A stretch of 64,000 nucleotides of DNA, taken from an uncultured Spirochaetota bacterium (GTDB lineage Bacteria; Spirochaetota; Brevinematia; Brevinematales; JAOACQ01). Positions 47,019 through 58,820 of this stretch are shown in pieces. The notes under the pieces were generated by a model that saw only the letters and a program-made list of their open reading frames with translations, made no database searches and was not told the DNA's origin. The translations under genes were made by a program, and so were the position numbers. Numbering within the stretch: position 1 is the stretch's first letter; each line of letters begins with the position of its first letter. The stretch is from contig CAVYGN010000002.1 in assembly GCA_963768055.1 (NCBI GenBank), positions 1,056,001-1,120,000 of the forward strand, written 5' to 3'.

Positions 47019-48239
47019 TCATTCCTTCCTGACAAGCAGCGCCAGCATTTCCGCATGCTGGGTTTGAGGGAACATATCTACGAGGTGCATTTCTTTTATT
47101 GAATAAATTTCTGTAAATTCTTTTATATCCCGGGCCATAGTAGAAGGCCTGCATGAAGAATAAATGATCTTACGCGGCCTCATTCTTTTCAGTACCGAGA
47201 CTGTCTCCGGGTCAAGCCCCTTTCTCGGGGGATCTATGATCATCACGTCGGCGTAACCTAATTCGGGGAGTTTTTCTTCTACTCCAGCCTTGATGAATTT
47301 AACATTGGATTTTATATCGTTCAAACTGCGATTGTATTCGGCGTCCTGCACTGAGCTTTTGGCGATCTCTATTCCGATCGTTTCACCGGCAAAAAAACTA
47401 ACGAAAAGTGTTATAAGACCTATTCCGCTGTAAAGGTCGTAGATTTTTTCATGACCGCCGGGATCAAGGAAGGATACGATCTTTTCGAGCCACAAAGGTA
47501 TTATAGAATTGTTTACCTGGAAAAAACTGTCCTTCGATATTTTAAAGGTAATGTCCATGCCGGCGGCGCTGACCGTCTCAAAAACTTCCCTATCCTGGTA
47601 ATTTTCCGTCTTTACCCAATGAACGGAAATATCCCCTTTTCCAGTCGCCCTGACCTTGAAATTGTGAGGAGGGAAAAACCTGCCGGATCTGATATCGGAA
47701 AGGGCCTTATTAATACCCGGCATAGCCAGCATGCATTCTTTTATGTCAACGATAAATTTGGTATCCTTCCTGAAAAATCCGATCAGATTTTTTCTTGGGT
47801 TGACCTTGAAAGTTTCAGTATTCCTATAAAAAAAGGGATTGGGGCTTTTTATTATACCGGTCAATTCGGTTATGGGAAGCCCACCTATCCGCCGGAAAAC
47901 CTCAAGGGATAAAAGCCGTTTAACTTCAACCTGTTTTTCATAATCCAGCATCTGGTAATCGCAGCCGCCGCAAAGCCCGAAATAGGGGCAGGGGGCGTTT
48001 ATTCTATCCGGGGAGGGCGATAAAATCTCGAGCGGTTCTGCAACGGCATAGTCCGAAGTTTCCTTATAAATATTTGCGCGGACTTTTTCACCCGGGATCG
48101 AATACCTGACAAAGATTACTTTTCCATTGTCATAACCGATCGAACTGCCCTCTGAAGCGTATTTATCAATTACAAGTTCGACTTCCCGTTTTACAGGTTT
48201 TATTTTTCTAGGTTTGAAGGAAGTAATTTCAGCTTGCAT
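47019..48239 (-). CDS. rlmD: RNA (m5U) methyltransferase, RlmD/TrmA family with TRAM domain
   Basis: CPYFGLCGGC, SFFQVN, DLYSGIG, DPPRKG, DMFPQT.H.E. Confidence 0.85.
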   Translation of the reverse strand: MQAEITSFKPRKIKPVKREVELVIDKYASEGSSIGYDNGKVIFVRYSIPGEKVRANIYKETSDYAVAEPLEILSPSPDRINAPCPYFGLCGGCDYQMLDYEKQVEVKRLLSLEVFRRIGGLPITELTGIIKSPNPFFYRNTETFKVNPRKNLIGFFRKDTKFIVDIKECMLAMPGINKALSDIRSGRFFPPHNFKVRATGKGDISVHWVKTENYQDREVFETVSAAGMDITFKISKDSFFQVNNSIIPLWLEKIVSFLDPGGHEKIYDLYSGIGLITLFVSFFAGETIGIEIAKSSVQDAEYNRSLNDIKSNVKFIKAGVEEKLPELGYADVMIIDPPRKGLDPETVSVLKRMRPRKIIYSSCRPSTMARDIKEFTEIYSIKEMHLVDMFPQTQHAEMLALLVRKE

Positions 48240-49479
48240 TTTTATACCTTATCCTTTTTTTATCTTTTTTTGTCCTGGGATAAATCCTTATCTGTTTGAT
48301 TCTTACACTTGTGGCTGAGAATACTTCGAAAACAAACTTTCCAACATCCAGGCTATCACCCGTGATCGGTATCTTTTCAAGCTCATGCAGCATAAACCCT
48401 GCCGCCGTTTCAAAATCTATTTTTTTGATTTTCAGATTAAGCAATTCATTAATGTCATCTATATTTACCATTCCGTTAATGATATACGAGTCCCCTTCTT
48501 TTTTTATCCAATCACCTTTAATCTCGACGAATTCACCGATAATTTCAGTTATAATGTCCCTGTTGGATATAGCCCCTATAACTCCGCCGTATTCGTCCAC
48601 AACGAAAACTATCTGTGCTTTAGCGTTCTGCATTCCGACAAGGACCCTGTTTATAGGGGCGCTCTCCGGCACGATAATCCCTTCCCTGACATAGCTTCCG
48701 ACCCTGTCATGCTTGCCGGCGGAAAGGAGATCCTTGTTCTCAATATAACCCAGCATATTATCTACACGAATCCTGAAAACGGGCAGACGGGTATGCCCTG
48801 TCGAGAGCATAAGAGCGGAAGCTATTTCAACGGTATCGTTCTCTTCGACACAGGTCATGCGGATGAGGGGCACCATTATTTCTCTTGCTTTTATATTCCT
48901 GAATTTCATTATACTTTCAATGATTTCCTTTTCGCTTTGCTTGAGGATTCCCTTTTCTGTAGTCATATCGATTAGAATGCCGAACTCGTCCTTTGAAAAC
49001 ATTGTTTTTTTCTTTTTAAGGCCAAGTATTGAAAGAAGGAATTTAATTGTTCTGACAAATATTATCTGGAAAGGGTAAAGTATTATATAAACAGCCAGAT
49101 AAAAATAAGACAGCCCGAACATTATCTCGTCGGCGAATTCCCTGAAAAGGATTTTCGGTAAAAGGGTGGCAAATACGGCTATCAGGGGAGTAAGGATCAA
49201 AGTCGAATAAAGCGGGACGAGGGGCCCGAAACCGATGGCTTTTCCGAGGTAATCGTTAAAAATCAATACGACAGCGACATCGCTTATGTTTACACCGATC
49301 AAAAATCCGCCGATTACGCTTTCAGAGTTTTTAATCAGGCTTGTGAGGATTTTAGCGCTATTCAAGCCGTTTTCCAGGCGCGAATGCAGTTTGATCTTGT
49401 TTATTGAAATAAAAGCCGTTTCGCTGCCGTTAAAAAAAGCGGATAAAAGTAGAAATCCGATTGCAGTAAAAAGTTCCAT
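48229..49479 (-). CDS. CNNM/hemolysin-family CBS-domain protein
   Basis: SAFFNGSETA, AREIMVP, VVDEYGG, DFETAAG. Confidence 0.88.
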   Translation of the reverse strand: MELFTAIGFLLLSAFFNGSETAFISINKIKLHSRLENGLNSAKILTSLIKNSESVIGGFLIGVNISDVAVVLIFNDYLGKAIGFGPLVPLYSTLILTPLIAVFATLLPKILFREFADEIMFGLSYFYLAVYIILYPFQIIFVRTIKFLLSILGLKKKKTMFSKDEFGILIDMTTEKGILKQSEKEIIESIMKFRNIKAREIMVPLIRMTCVEENDTVEIASALMLSTGHTRLPVFRIRVDNMLGYIENKDLLSAGKHDRVGSYVREGIIVPESAPINRVLVGMQNAKAQIVFVVDEYGGVIGAISNRDIITEIIGEFVEIKGDWIKKEGDSYIINGMVNIDDINELLNLKIKKIDFETAAGFMLHELEKIPITGDSLDVGKFVFEVFSATSVRIKQIRIYPRTKKDKKRIRYKNAS

Positions 49480-49488
49480 TTCTTTTCC

Positions 49489-50721
49489 TTACTTTTTTTC
49501 TACCATTAAGAGTTCCAGGGTCTTTTCACTCTTTTCTCTAACGCTGATCACATAACCGTCGGTTTCCATAGAATAGCCGGTGCCTGGAATATCTCCGGCT
49601 GTTTCTATTATGTATCCGGCAAGAGTTTCGTAGTCCATGCTTTTCAAATCAGTCTGGAAATAATCATTGAAATCAGCCAGGCTCAATTCTCCGCTGACAA
49701 GATACCGGTCCTTTGACAACCGGATAATTTTTTTATCAACCGTGAAACTTTCATCCATAAGTTCACCGACGATCTCTCCGAGCACGTCGGCTATGGTTAC
49801 GATCCCGAGGGAACTACCGTATTCGTCGATAACTGCCGCTATCCTTATTTTCTTCTTTCTAAAATCGTCGAGCATATCGGAAAGTTTTTTTGTTTCAGGA
49901 ACAAAATAAATACCTTCCATTATATCTTCCGCTTTTTTTTCTTCGATTTTTTCGGGATAGAGAAAGTAATGAAATATTTCTTTCATATAGATCATGCCTA
50001 CAAGATTATCGTCAGTCCGGTCATAAACGGGGATCTTTGACATTTTCATTCTCTTAGCCTGGCGGATCACATCCTTCAGCAAAGCATTTTTTTCGACGGA
50101 AAATACCTTGGTCCGGGGCGTCATTATATTCCATACTTCCCTTTCCGTAAAATGGACTATATTTTCAATTAATACCTTTTCGTCCTTATTAAAAATATCC
50201 TCGCGGGATACTATAGAAAGTATAGCTGTTAACCTTTCTTTACCCGGTTCCCTGCTGTCTTTTTGGTGGACCTTTTTCAAATAATTAACAAAATTCTCGG
50301 TCATAATGTTGATTAAACTCGAAACCGGTTTGAAAAGAATATAAAGGGGGTATAAAAGCTTTGAATTGAAAGCCGCCGTACGTTCTTCCCGTATAATTGC
50401 TATTGTTTTCGGGCTTATATCGCCGATAAAAAGAATTATAAGGGTCACCGCGATTGTTGAATAAATGATGTTTCCGATGGATAATTGCCGTTCGAGGAGA
50501 GCCGCGGCAGCCGCGTTGACGGCAGTATTGCCTGCCAGAATGGTAATAAGCAGTATTGAGGTGTTCTCGAGAAGGATTTTTATCCTTCTCCTGTCCTTTT
50601 TAAGACGAATATTTTTTAATTTCATTTCATCCAGCGAGAAAAGCGCTGTTTCAGATGATGAAAAGAAAGCTGAAAACAAAAGAAGAATGATAATAATAAT
50701 AAAGTACAGCCAATTGGCCAT
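49489..50721 (-). CDS. CNNM/hemolysin-family CBS-domain protein
   Basis: SAFFSSSETALFSL, IMTPR, VIDEYGS, DYETLAG. Confidence 0.88.
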   Translation of the reverse strand: MANWLYFIIIIILLLFSAFFSSSETALFSLDEMKLKNIRLKKDRRRIKILLENTSILLITILAGNTAVNAAAAALLERQLSIGNIIYSTIAVTLIILFIGDISPKTIAIIREERTAAFNSKLLYPLYILFKPVSSLINIMTENFVNYLKKVHQKDSREPGKERLTAILSIVSREDIFNKDEKVLIENIVHFTEREVWNIMTPRTKVFSVEKNALLKDVIRQAKRMKMSKIPVYDRTDDNLVGMIYMKEIFHYFLYPEKIEEKKAEDIMEGIYFVPETKKLSDMLDDFRKKKIRIAAVIDEYGSSLGIVTIADVLGEIVGELMDESFTVDKKIIRLSKDRYLVSGELSLADFNDYFQTDLKSMDYETLAGYIIETAGDIPGTGYSMETDGYVISVREKSEKTLELLMVEKK

Positions 50722-51819
50722 TTATCGAGCCGCAGCCTTAATTGTATCGCTTATTAAAATCTGATCCTGCAGGGTCAGGTACGGATGCATAGGCAGGCTG
50801 AAAATTTCACCGGCTACCCTTTCTGAAACCGGGAAATCCCCCATTTTATAGCCAAGATATCTGTAAGCTTCCTGGAGGTGGATCGGTATAGGGTAGTGTA
50901 TAGCCGTTGGTATGCCCCTTGCTTTCAACTTTTCAATTACTTCCTGTCTGTTTTTAACCCTGATGGAATATTGGGCGAAAACATGCCTGCCTGTATACTT
51001 TTCAATAAAAGGGGTTATCGCGGGGCTGTCTTTAAGGAGTTCTGAATATTTTTTTCCGATCTCGAACCGTTTTCCGGCCTCGAATTCGAATCGGACGAAC
51101 TTTGCAAGGAGTACTGCGGCCTGAATTGTGTCGAGCCTGAAATTGAAACCTATGTATTTATGGGCGTATCTTTCGCCCTGGCCATGATCGGCCAGGCTTC
51201 TGATTTTTGCCGCAAGCTCCGGATCACCGGTGAAAACCATTCCCCCGTCTCCATAACATCCAAGGGGTTTCGAAGGATAAAATGACGTAGCTGCCGCATA
51301 GGATAAGGAACATGATTTCCGGCCCTTATATATGGCCCCGAATGATTGGGCGGCGTCCTCTATTACCAGAAGGCCATGCTTTTCAGCAATACGGTTGATT
51401 TCATCCATATCGGGGACCTGGCCGTAAAGCGATACGGGTATTATAGCCCTTGTCCTGCCGGTAATCAGGTTTTCTATCCGGCCGATGTCTATGTTATAAT
51501 TTCTTTCGTTAATATCGGCGAAAACCGGTTTCGCTCCGATGAAGGAAACAACTTCAGCGGATGCAATAAATGTAAAAGGGGTCGTTATCACTTCGTCACC
51601 CGGTTTGATGCCGCAGGCCAGCAGAGGCAGAAGAAGTGCGTCTGTCCCTGAGCCGCAGCCGACGGCATGTGAAGCGCCTGTGTAAGACGACAATTTTTCT
51701 TCGAGTTCTCTTATTTCCGCTCCATGGATGAAGATAGATTTTTTAAAAATTTCAGATAATCTTCTGTCGATGTCGTCCCTGATTTCACTGTACTGGCTTT
51801 TCAGGTCTATAAAATCCAT
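50722..51819 (-). CDS. DegT/DnrJ/EryC1/StrS sugar aminotransferase (WbpE-like)
   Basis: SGTDAL, IEDAAQSFGA, SFYPSKPLGCYGDGG, SLPMHP. Confidence 0.9.
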   Translation of the reverse strand: MDFIDLKSQYSEIRDDIDRRLSEIFKKSIFIHGAEIRELEEKLSSYTGASHAVGCGSGTDALLLPLLACGIKPGDEVITTPFTFIASAEVVSFIGAKPVFADINERNYNIDIGRIENLITGRTRAIIPVSLYGQVPDMDEINRIAEKHGLLVIEDAAQSFGAIYKGRKSCSLSYAAATSFYPSKPLGCYGDGGMVFTGDPELAAKIRSLADHGQGERYAHKYIGFNFRLDTIQAAVLLAKFVRFEFEAGKRFEIGKKYSELLKDSPAITPFIEKYTGRHVFAQYSIRVKNRQEVIEKLKARGIPTAIHYPIPIHLQEAYRYLGYKMGDFPVSERVAGEIFSLPMHPYLTLQDQILISDTIKAAAR

Positions 51820-51865
51820 ATTTTTACTCCGATATAAGTATATACTGCTGACGTACAATTTTCAA

Positions 51866-53809
51866 TCATTCGATCCTGATATCCGGCTTGTTGAAAGTCC
51901 CAGCGGTCCTGACTTTGAAATAAACCTTGCCCTCTTCTTCATGTCCGGCGTTTAGTACCTTCTTAACAATTTCGGGATCCGGAAGATTCTCCAGGTAGCT
52001 ATCCAGGATTGTAATATTGCCGTCGATGTCCATCGTATTATTACTAAAGGATACAGTCCCCCTGGCAGAGGCGGTTATATCTTTACTGTCGAAACTTGTT
52101 TCATCCAGGTTAAGTTTAAGGGCTTCCAGTCTTCCCCTGGCTTTTATCATGTCGAAAAAGATGTCGTTCAAAGGCATATCGTAAAGTGTCTGGGCAATCT
52201 TTTCCTGAAGGAAAAAATCCTTTACTTCTCCATTAATTATGCTTGTTTCAAATGTGAAAGAGAAGAGACTTATATCCTTAAGCGGAATATCGAATACTCC
52301 CTTAAAGGAAATACTGCCGTAGAGCCTCTTTCCCCCTTCCAGGAACAGGTTTGAAAATTCTTTGAGCCTGCCGTTGTTAAATACAGCTTCTCCTGTTATG
52401 GAATCCCGTGAAATTTTGAAACTTGAAATCAAATTACCGCGGAATAATAATGCCTTTAATTCTTTTACAATTATTAGATCAGGACCGGCTTCACCCAGGA
52501 TATGTACAAGAGAGAAGGATAGTTTCTTATATACAATATTTTTTACACTCAAATCAAGGCTGACGGGAAATATTTTGAAGATAGAGCTTCCCCCTTGCTC
52601 CGGGATGGTCCGGTTTGTATTAACAACTGTAAACCCTTCCAGAATCTTTTCGATGTCTATTTCATCGCTTTGGGTCTGGACAGACAGACCCCGGGAAAAT
52701 ATATCGCCGCTTTCTATATGGACTGAGGCGCTGCCGGCAGGTGTTAAAGCGATCATATCCGCATTAAAGGTATTGTTTACAAGTTTTAAAATCCCGCCGG
52801 AAATTTTGATAAAGAGATATTTAAAATCGGAAAGAGTAAGATTAGCGCTTAAGGCCAATCCGTTTTGAGAAATTAATGAGAAATCCCCGCTTAAATGCCC
52901 TTTAACCCCGTTTATGAAATCACCGATCTCTATACTCGAAGACCGGGCGGAGATAACGAGTTTGTGATCGGGGATCGAGTAGGAAAGATTTGAAATATCG
53001 GCGTAACTATCGGCTATATTTACAGATATACCGTTTAAAGCTATTGTCAGTGCCTTAAGATCAAAATATAGTTTGAACTCATTGCCTGATTTGAAAAATA
53101 AGTTGTTATAATATATCTTCAGGTCCCTGCAATTGCATGAGAAGTAATTGTTTTTATCCCTGACTAATGAAGTTTCCAGGTTTTCGATTTTAAGGGAAGT
53201 AACTGTATTAAAAATCGCGCCAATATCGGCCCGGGTTATTTTGAGATTGCCCTTGCTTGTATTACCCCAGTATTTCAGGCTGCCGGCAGGAGATTTGATA
53301 GTTAAGCTTACAGGTATATAATTGACGGGCCTATCGGGCGAAAGGCTAATGAAAACATGACAGGGAATATTGTTGTAAATTATAGTTGAATCGGATATCT
53401 CTATCCTATGAATGATTATGCTTAAATTACCCGCACCTGCTGAGGTTTTTGAAAATTTTTCGTATAGTTTTCTTATCATTTCAACGGAAGTATCAAGCCC
53501 GTTTAATTTAATATCGATGATCTCCAATTTTTTGTAGAAAAGAGCGAAAGGATTATATAAAAGACTGCCCTTGCGGAAATGAATAGAACCGGATGAACTT
53601 TCCAGTGTGACGCCGTAGAGCTCTATCCCGCTAAGAAGGTTAAAACCTACATTATCGGCTTTAATATTAAGCGAATATGATTCCTGCAATTTATTGGAGA
53701 CAGCATCCAGAATAATTTTAGGATTTGAAGTATAATACCAGAAAAGGAATCCGACGGCTATTAAAATAAAGATAAATACCGACGCCAGTATCCATTTAAA
53801 AACTTTCAT
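51866..53809 (-). CDS. AsmA-like protein
   Basis: N-terminal anchor, beta-rich body, C-terminal GTFNKP motif. Confidence 0.65.
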   Translation of the reverse strand: MKVFKWILASVFIFILIAVGFLFWYYTSNPKIILDAVSNKLQESYSLNIKADNVGFNLLSGIELYGVTLESSSGSIHFRKGSLLYNPFALFYKKLEIIDIKLNGLDTSVEMIRKLYEKFSKTSAGAGNLSIIIHRIEISDSTIIYNNIPCHVFISLSPDRPVNYIPVSLTIKSPAGSLKYWGNTSKGNLKITRADIGAIFNTVTSLKIENLETSLVRDKNNYFSCNCRDLKIYYNNLFFKSGNEFKLYFDLKALTIALNGISVNIADSYADISNLSYSIPDHKLVISARSSSIEIGDFINGVKGHLSGDFSLISQNGLALSANLTLSDFKYLFIKISGGILKLVNNTFNADMIALTPAGSASVHIESGDIFSRGLSVQTQSDEIDIEKILEGFTVVNTNRTIPEQGGSSIFKIFPVSLDLSVKNIVYKKLSFSLVHILGEAGPDLIIVKELKALLFRGNLISSFKISRDSITGEAVFNNGRLKEFSNLFLEGGKRLYGSISFKGVFDIPLKDISLFSFTFETSIINGEVKDFFLQEKIAQTLYDMPLNDIFFDMIKARGRLEALKLNLDETSFDSKDITASARGTVSFSNNTMDIDGNITILDSYLENLPDPEIVKKVLNAGHEEEGKVYFKVRTAGTFNKPDIRIE

Positions 53810-53826
53810 TCAGTGAGCCGGTTCTC

Positions 53827-54012
53827 TCATATATTTTTCAAATAACGTCGTATATTGAATTTGAACCATGTATCATAATACCTGGTTATCCATTCTACGG
53901 ATGCCCTGTGCAGGCCGATGTCCCTCCCTTCTTTTTCGCTTTCAAGCCACTTGTACTCCAGAATCTCATGTACTACATCATGAACTTCTGCTCTAAGATC
54001 AAAATATTGCAT
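53827..54012 (-). CDS. small DUF4032-like protein
   Basis: EILEYKWLESEKEGRDIG...A...W motif; GGAGG upstream. Confidence 0.6.
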   Translation of the reverse strand: MQYFDLRAEVHDVVHEILEYKWLESEKEGRDIGLHRASVEWITRYYDTWFKFNIRRYLKNI

Positions 54013-54122
54013 GAAAAGTATAAAAACCTCCCAAGGTTATTAAAAGCGCCCTAATTATTTTATCATAAATTTTAATAAAATCAAGACCTACGCATTTTGC
54101 CTGAAGCCGGCCTATTGCCTGT

Positions 54123-54881
54123 TTATTTTTGAAATTTCACTATCCTGGAAAAAGAGTCGGCTTTAAGGCTGGCTCCGCCTACTAGCGCCCCGTCGATGTT
54201 CTCTTTCGCCATCAGGGAATCTATATTTTCGGCTTTGACCGATCCGCCGTACTGGATTCTCATCCTGCCTGAGAATTCTATTTCATAAAGTCCTGTTAAA
54301 ACTTTCCTTATATAAGCATGAACTTTATCTGCGTCCTCAGGAGTGGCTGTTTTCCCGGTTCCTATGGCCCAAACCGGCTCGTAAGCGATAGTTACTTTCA
54401 GTGCCGTTTCTTTATCGATGTTTTTAAAGCCTTCCAAGACTTGTGTTTTAACTACTTCCTCTGTTTTCCCTTTTTCCCTTTCTTCAAGCAGTTCGCCGAC
54501 GCATAATATGGGTAATAGTCCGGTGGAAAGAGCCGATATCATTTTTTTATTGATAAGTTCGTCTTTTTCGCCGAATACATGACGGCGTTCCGAATGCCCG
54601 AGTATTACATATAAAGCTCCCGAGTCAACAAGCTGGAGTGGCGATATCTCTCCTGTAAAAGCTCCCTCTTTTTCAAAATACATGTTCTGAGCCCCGATTT
54701 TTATATTGGTTTCCTTTAAAGCCTGAGAAAGAGGCCGGATTAAAGTGAAGGGAGGGCATATTAGAATGTCCCTATCCTCCACACAGGATACCATCTTCCT
54801 GAAATCGTCAGAAAATTTAAGTGCCTCATCGATTGCCTTATACATTTTCCAGTTTCCGGCGATAAACGGTTTTCGCGACAT
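54123..54881 (-). CDS. tpiA: triosephosphate isomerase
   Basis: AGNWKM, GHSERR, AYEPVWAIGTG, YGGSV. Confidence 0.97.
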   Translation of the reverse strand: MSRKPFIAGNWKMYKAIDEALKFSDDFRKMVSCVEDRDILICPPFTLIRPLSQALKETNIKIGAQNMYFEKEGAFTGEISPLQLVDSGALYVILGHSERRHVFGEKDELINKKMISALSTGLLPILCVGELLEEREKGKTEEVVKTQVLEGFKNIDKETALKVTIAYEPVWAIGTGKTATPEDADKVHAYIRKVLTGLYEIEFSGRMRIQYGGSVKAENIDSLMAKENIDGALVGGASLKADSFSRIVKFQK

Positions 54882-54907
54882 TTTTATCTCCTTTAAAAAT
54901 TAGTAGA

Positions 54908-56176
54908 TTATTTATCGAGTAACGCTGCAACTCCAGGCAGCACCTTGCCCTCTACAAGTTCAAGCGAAGCCCCGCCGCCTGTAGATATATGGGACATTTT
55001 ATCGGCGACACCCGCTTTATTGACGGCGGATACGGAATCTCCTCCGCCAATTACGGTTACACAATCCGGTAATTTTGAGAGAGTTTCCGCTATCGACATA
55101 GTTCCTTTTGAAAATTTTGGAAATTCAAAAACGCCGAGAGGGCCGTTCCAGAAAACGGTTTTGGCCCCTTTAAGCGCCCCCTGGAATTTTTCGATAGTCA
55201 GAGGGCCTATGTCCATACCCATCCAGCCTTCATCTATATTACCCCTGGCTACATGTTTGAATTCTGCTTCAGGGGAAAATTCCTTTGTTACTATATGATC
55301 GATAGGGAGGTATATATATACATGCGTTTCGTAGGCTTTTTGAAGAATATCCCGGGCCTTTTCAATCATATCTTCTTCTATAAGGGATGTCCCGACCGAC
55401 AGCCCTTTGGCCTTTAAAAAAGTATAAGCCATTCCCCCGCCCACAATAAGTTTATCGACCTTTTCTAAAAGGCTTTCGAGGACGCTTATTTTCGAAGAAA
55501 CCTTCGCGCCGCCTATAATGGCTATAAAAGGTTTGGCAGGGTTCTTTACTACTTTCTCATCAAGATATTCAAGCTCTTTTTCCATTAAAAATCCGGCTAC
55601 CGCGGGCAGAAAATGCGCTATAGTTTCAGTCGAAGCATGGGCCCTGTGGGCAGTTCCAAACGCGTCGTTTACGAAAATATCGCCGTAACGGGCAAGCTCT
55701 TTCGCCATTTTTTCCCTTTCGGCCTCGTCCTTAGATGTCTCCTCCTTATGAAAACGGGTATTTTCAAGCATCAGTACTTCGCCCTGAGAAAGTGAGTCCG
55801 CTAATACTTTTGTCTGGTCGCCTATAGCGTCCGGGGCAAATTTCACCTCTTTCCCCAGGAGTTTGGCGAAATGGTCGGAGACAGGCTTCATCATATGTTT
55901 GCCGGCAAGGTACTTTTTCTCATCGAACTGTTTGCCGTCCTTTAAAGCCTTTTCCCTGGCTTTTTCCATGTCTTTCTTGGGATCTCCAAGGTGCGACATT
56001 ATTACCAGGCTTTTTACGTCTTGAGATAGAATATATTTTATAGTAGGCAGGGCGGCTTTTATGCGGGTATCGTCCTGGACTATTCCGTCTTTCATCGGAA
56101 CGTTAAAATCAACTCTCATAATAATCCGCTTGCCTTTTAGATCGATATCCTTCACTGTCTTTTTCGATATGCCCAT
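54908..56176 (-). CDS. pgk: phosphoglycerate kinase
   Basis: RVDFNVP, LENTRF, NDAFGTAHRAH, STGGGASLE; AGGAGG RBS before ATG 56176. Confidence 0.96.
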   Translation of the reverse strand: MGISKKTVKDIDLKGKRIIMRVDFNVPMKDGIVQDDTRIKAALPTIKYILSQDVKSLVIMSHLGDPKKDMEKAREKALKDGKQFDEKKYLAGKHMMKPVSDHFAKLLGKEVKFAPDAIGDQTKVLADSLSQGEVLMLENTRFHKEETSKDEAEREKMAKELARYGDIFVNDAFGTAHRAHASTETIAHFLPAVAGFLMEKELEYLDEKVVKNPAKPFIAIIGGAKVSSKISVLESLLEKVDKLIVGGGMAYTFLKAKGLSVGTSLIEEDMIEKARDILQKAYETHVYIYLPIDHIVTKEFSPEAEFKHVARGNIDEGWMGMDIGPLTIEKFQGALKGAKTVFWNGPLGVFEFPKFSKGTMSIAETLSKLPDCVTVIGGGDSVSAVNKAGVADKMSHISTGGGASLELVEGKVLPGVAALLDK

Positions 56177-56201
56177 TAGAAGCCTCCTTTTTTCGATAAT
56201 A

Positions 56202-56235
56202 AAAACAAAAGGGAACGGGGACATACCCCGTTCCC
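56202..56235 (-). terminator. strong hairpin with U-tract between gap and pgk
   Basis: GGGAACGGGG-N5-CCCCGTTCCC followed by TTTTGTTTT on the minus strand. Confidence 0.75.
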
Positions 56236-56243
56236 GGTTAAGT

Positions 56244-57323
<1,080 letters not shown>

Positions 57324-57366
57324 TTATTATATTCACTTATTATTTTAATGGATATTTTGCATAATA

Positions 57367-58755
57367 TCAAATCCGTCCATAATTATCCTCAAGTCTTTCA
57401 ATATCATCTTCGCCTACATAATCCCCGCTCTGAACTTCGATTATTTCAAGCAGGATATCTCCCGGATTCGACAGCCTGTGGAGAGTGTAGATCGGGACAA
57501 ACGCGCTTTCATTTTCTTTAATAATATAATCCCTGTCGGCTATCCTGACGCCGGCCGAACCTTTTACTACGATCCAGTGTTCGCTTCTATGTTTATGGCG
57601 CTGGAGGGAGAGGCTTGCACCCTTTTGAACGGAGATCCTTTTAATCTTATAGTGTTCAGCTTCTTCAAGGACCGTATAACTTCCCCAGGGCCGGTAAGTC
57701 GTAACATGTTCGTTCACCTCTTTCCTGCATAAACCCTTCAGGCGCGCAACCATATCTTTTACAAGCTGGGTCTTGCTTCTGTCGCTGACAAGTATAGCAT
57801 CGGGAGTTTCAATGACTGCAAGGTTTGATACGCCTATAAGGGCAGTCAGTTTATTATCGCTTAATACAAGGCTGTTCTTTACATCTATAAGTTCGACATC
57901 CCCTTCCACTGCGTTATTGTCTCTGTCTTTAGGAAGGACCTCGTAAACCGAGTTCCAGGAGCCGATATCGTTCCACTCAACCGGCATTCGGGAGCAGAAA
58001 ATGTCCGACGATTTTTCCATAACCGCGTAGTCAATGGAAATCGATTCAATATCTTTATAATTCTTCATCATGCTTTCCATACTGATATCCTTTATACAGC
58101 GGTAAAGTCCCGGAGCATACCTTTCAAATGATCTAAGCATGACCCCTATTGAAAACATGAACATACCCGAATTCCAGAGATAATTTCCCGATGAGAGATA
58201 TCTTTTCGCGGTTTCTTCATCAGGTTTTTCAACGAAACTTCCCACCCTGCTGATTCCATTGCCGGAGTCGGCTCCCAGTTCGATATATCCGTAGCCGCAT
58301 TCCGGACTTGTAGGCGTGATTCCGAAAACGACTATATAGTCGGAGGCAAACCGGGCGGCATTTTTCACGGTTTCAGAGAAATCCTTTTCGGGCCGGATTA
58401 TATGATCTGAGGGGGAAAAAAAGAGTATTTCGTTTTCATTGCAGCCTTTAATTTCAATAAAGTATTTAATGCAAAGTGCAATTGCGGGTGCGGTATTTCT
58501 TCCGGCGGGCTCTATAATGAGGTTTTCGAAGCCCGGGCCGAATACTTCCAATAGCTGGCCCTTTACTGTAAGTTTATATTCATCCCCGGCAACAGCGTAT
58601 ATGTCATCAGGATTTCCTACTGAAAGCAGGCGCCTGGCTGTAGACTGAAGGAAACTGTCCCCATGAAAAATGGACAGGAACTGCTTGGGATGGTTTTTCC
58701 TGGAAAGAGGCCAGAGCCTTGTTCCTGAACCCCCCGCCATAATTATTGATTTCAT
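57367..58755 (-). CDS. manC: mannose-1-phosphate guanylyltransferase/mannose-6-phosphate isomerase
   Basis: AGGSGTRLWPLSR, EP.GRNTAPA, WNSGMF, RPWG, HRSEHW. Confidence 0.93.
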   Translation of the reverse strand: MKSIIMAGGSGTRLWPLSRKNHPKQFLSIFHGDSFLQSTARRLLSVGNPDDIYAVAGDEYKLTVKGQLLEVFGPGFENLIIEPAGRNTAPAIALCIKYFIEIKGCNENEILFFSPSDHIIRPEKDFSETVKNAARFASDYIVVFGITPTSPECGYGYIELGADSGNGISRVGSFVEKPDEETAKRYLSSGNYLWNSGMFMFSIGVMLRSFERYAPGLYRCIKDISMESMMKNYKDIESISIDYAVMEKSSDIFCSRMPVEWNDIGSWNSVYEVLPKDRDNNAVEGDVELIDVKNSLVLSDNKLTALIGVSNLAVIETPDAILVSDRSKTQLVKDMVARLKGLCRKEVNEHVTTYRPWGSYTVLEEAEHYKIKRISVQKGASLSLQRHKHRSEHWIVVKGSAGVRIADRDYIIKENESAFVPIYTLHRLSNPGDILLEIIEVQSGDYVGEDDIERLEDNYGRI

Positions 58756-58820
58756 TTAAACCTCTTATGTTTTGAATTAAACATTATATCGCAATATATT
58801 AACAAAAATAGTGGATTTTA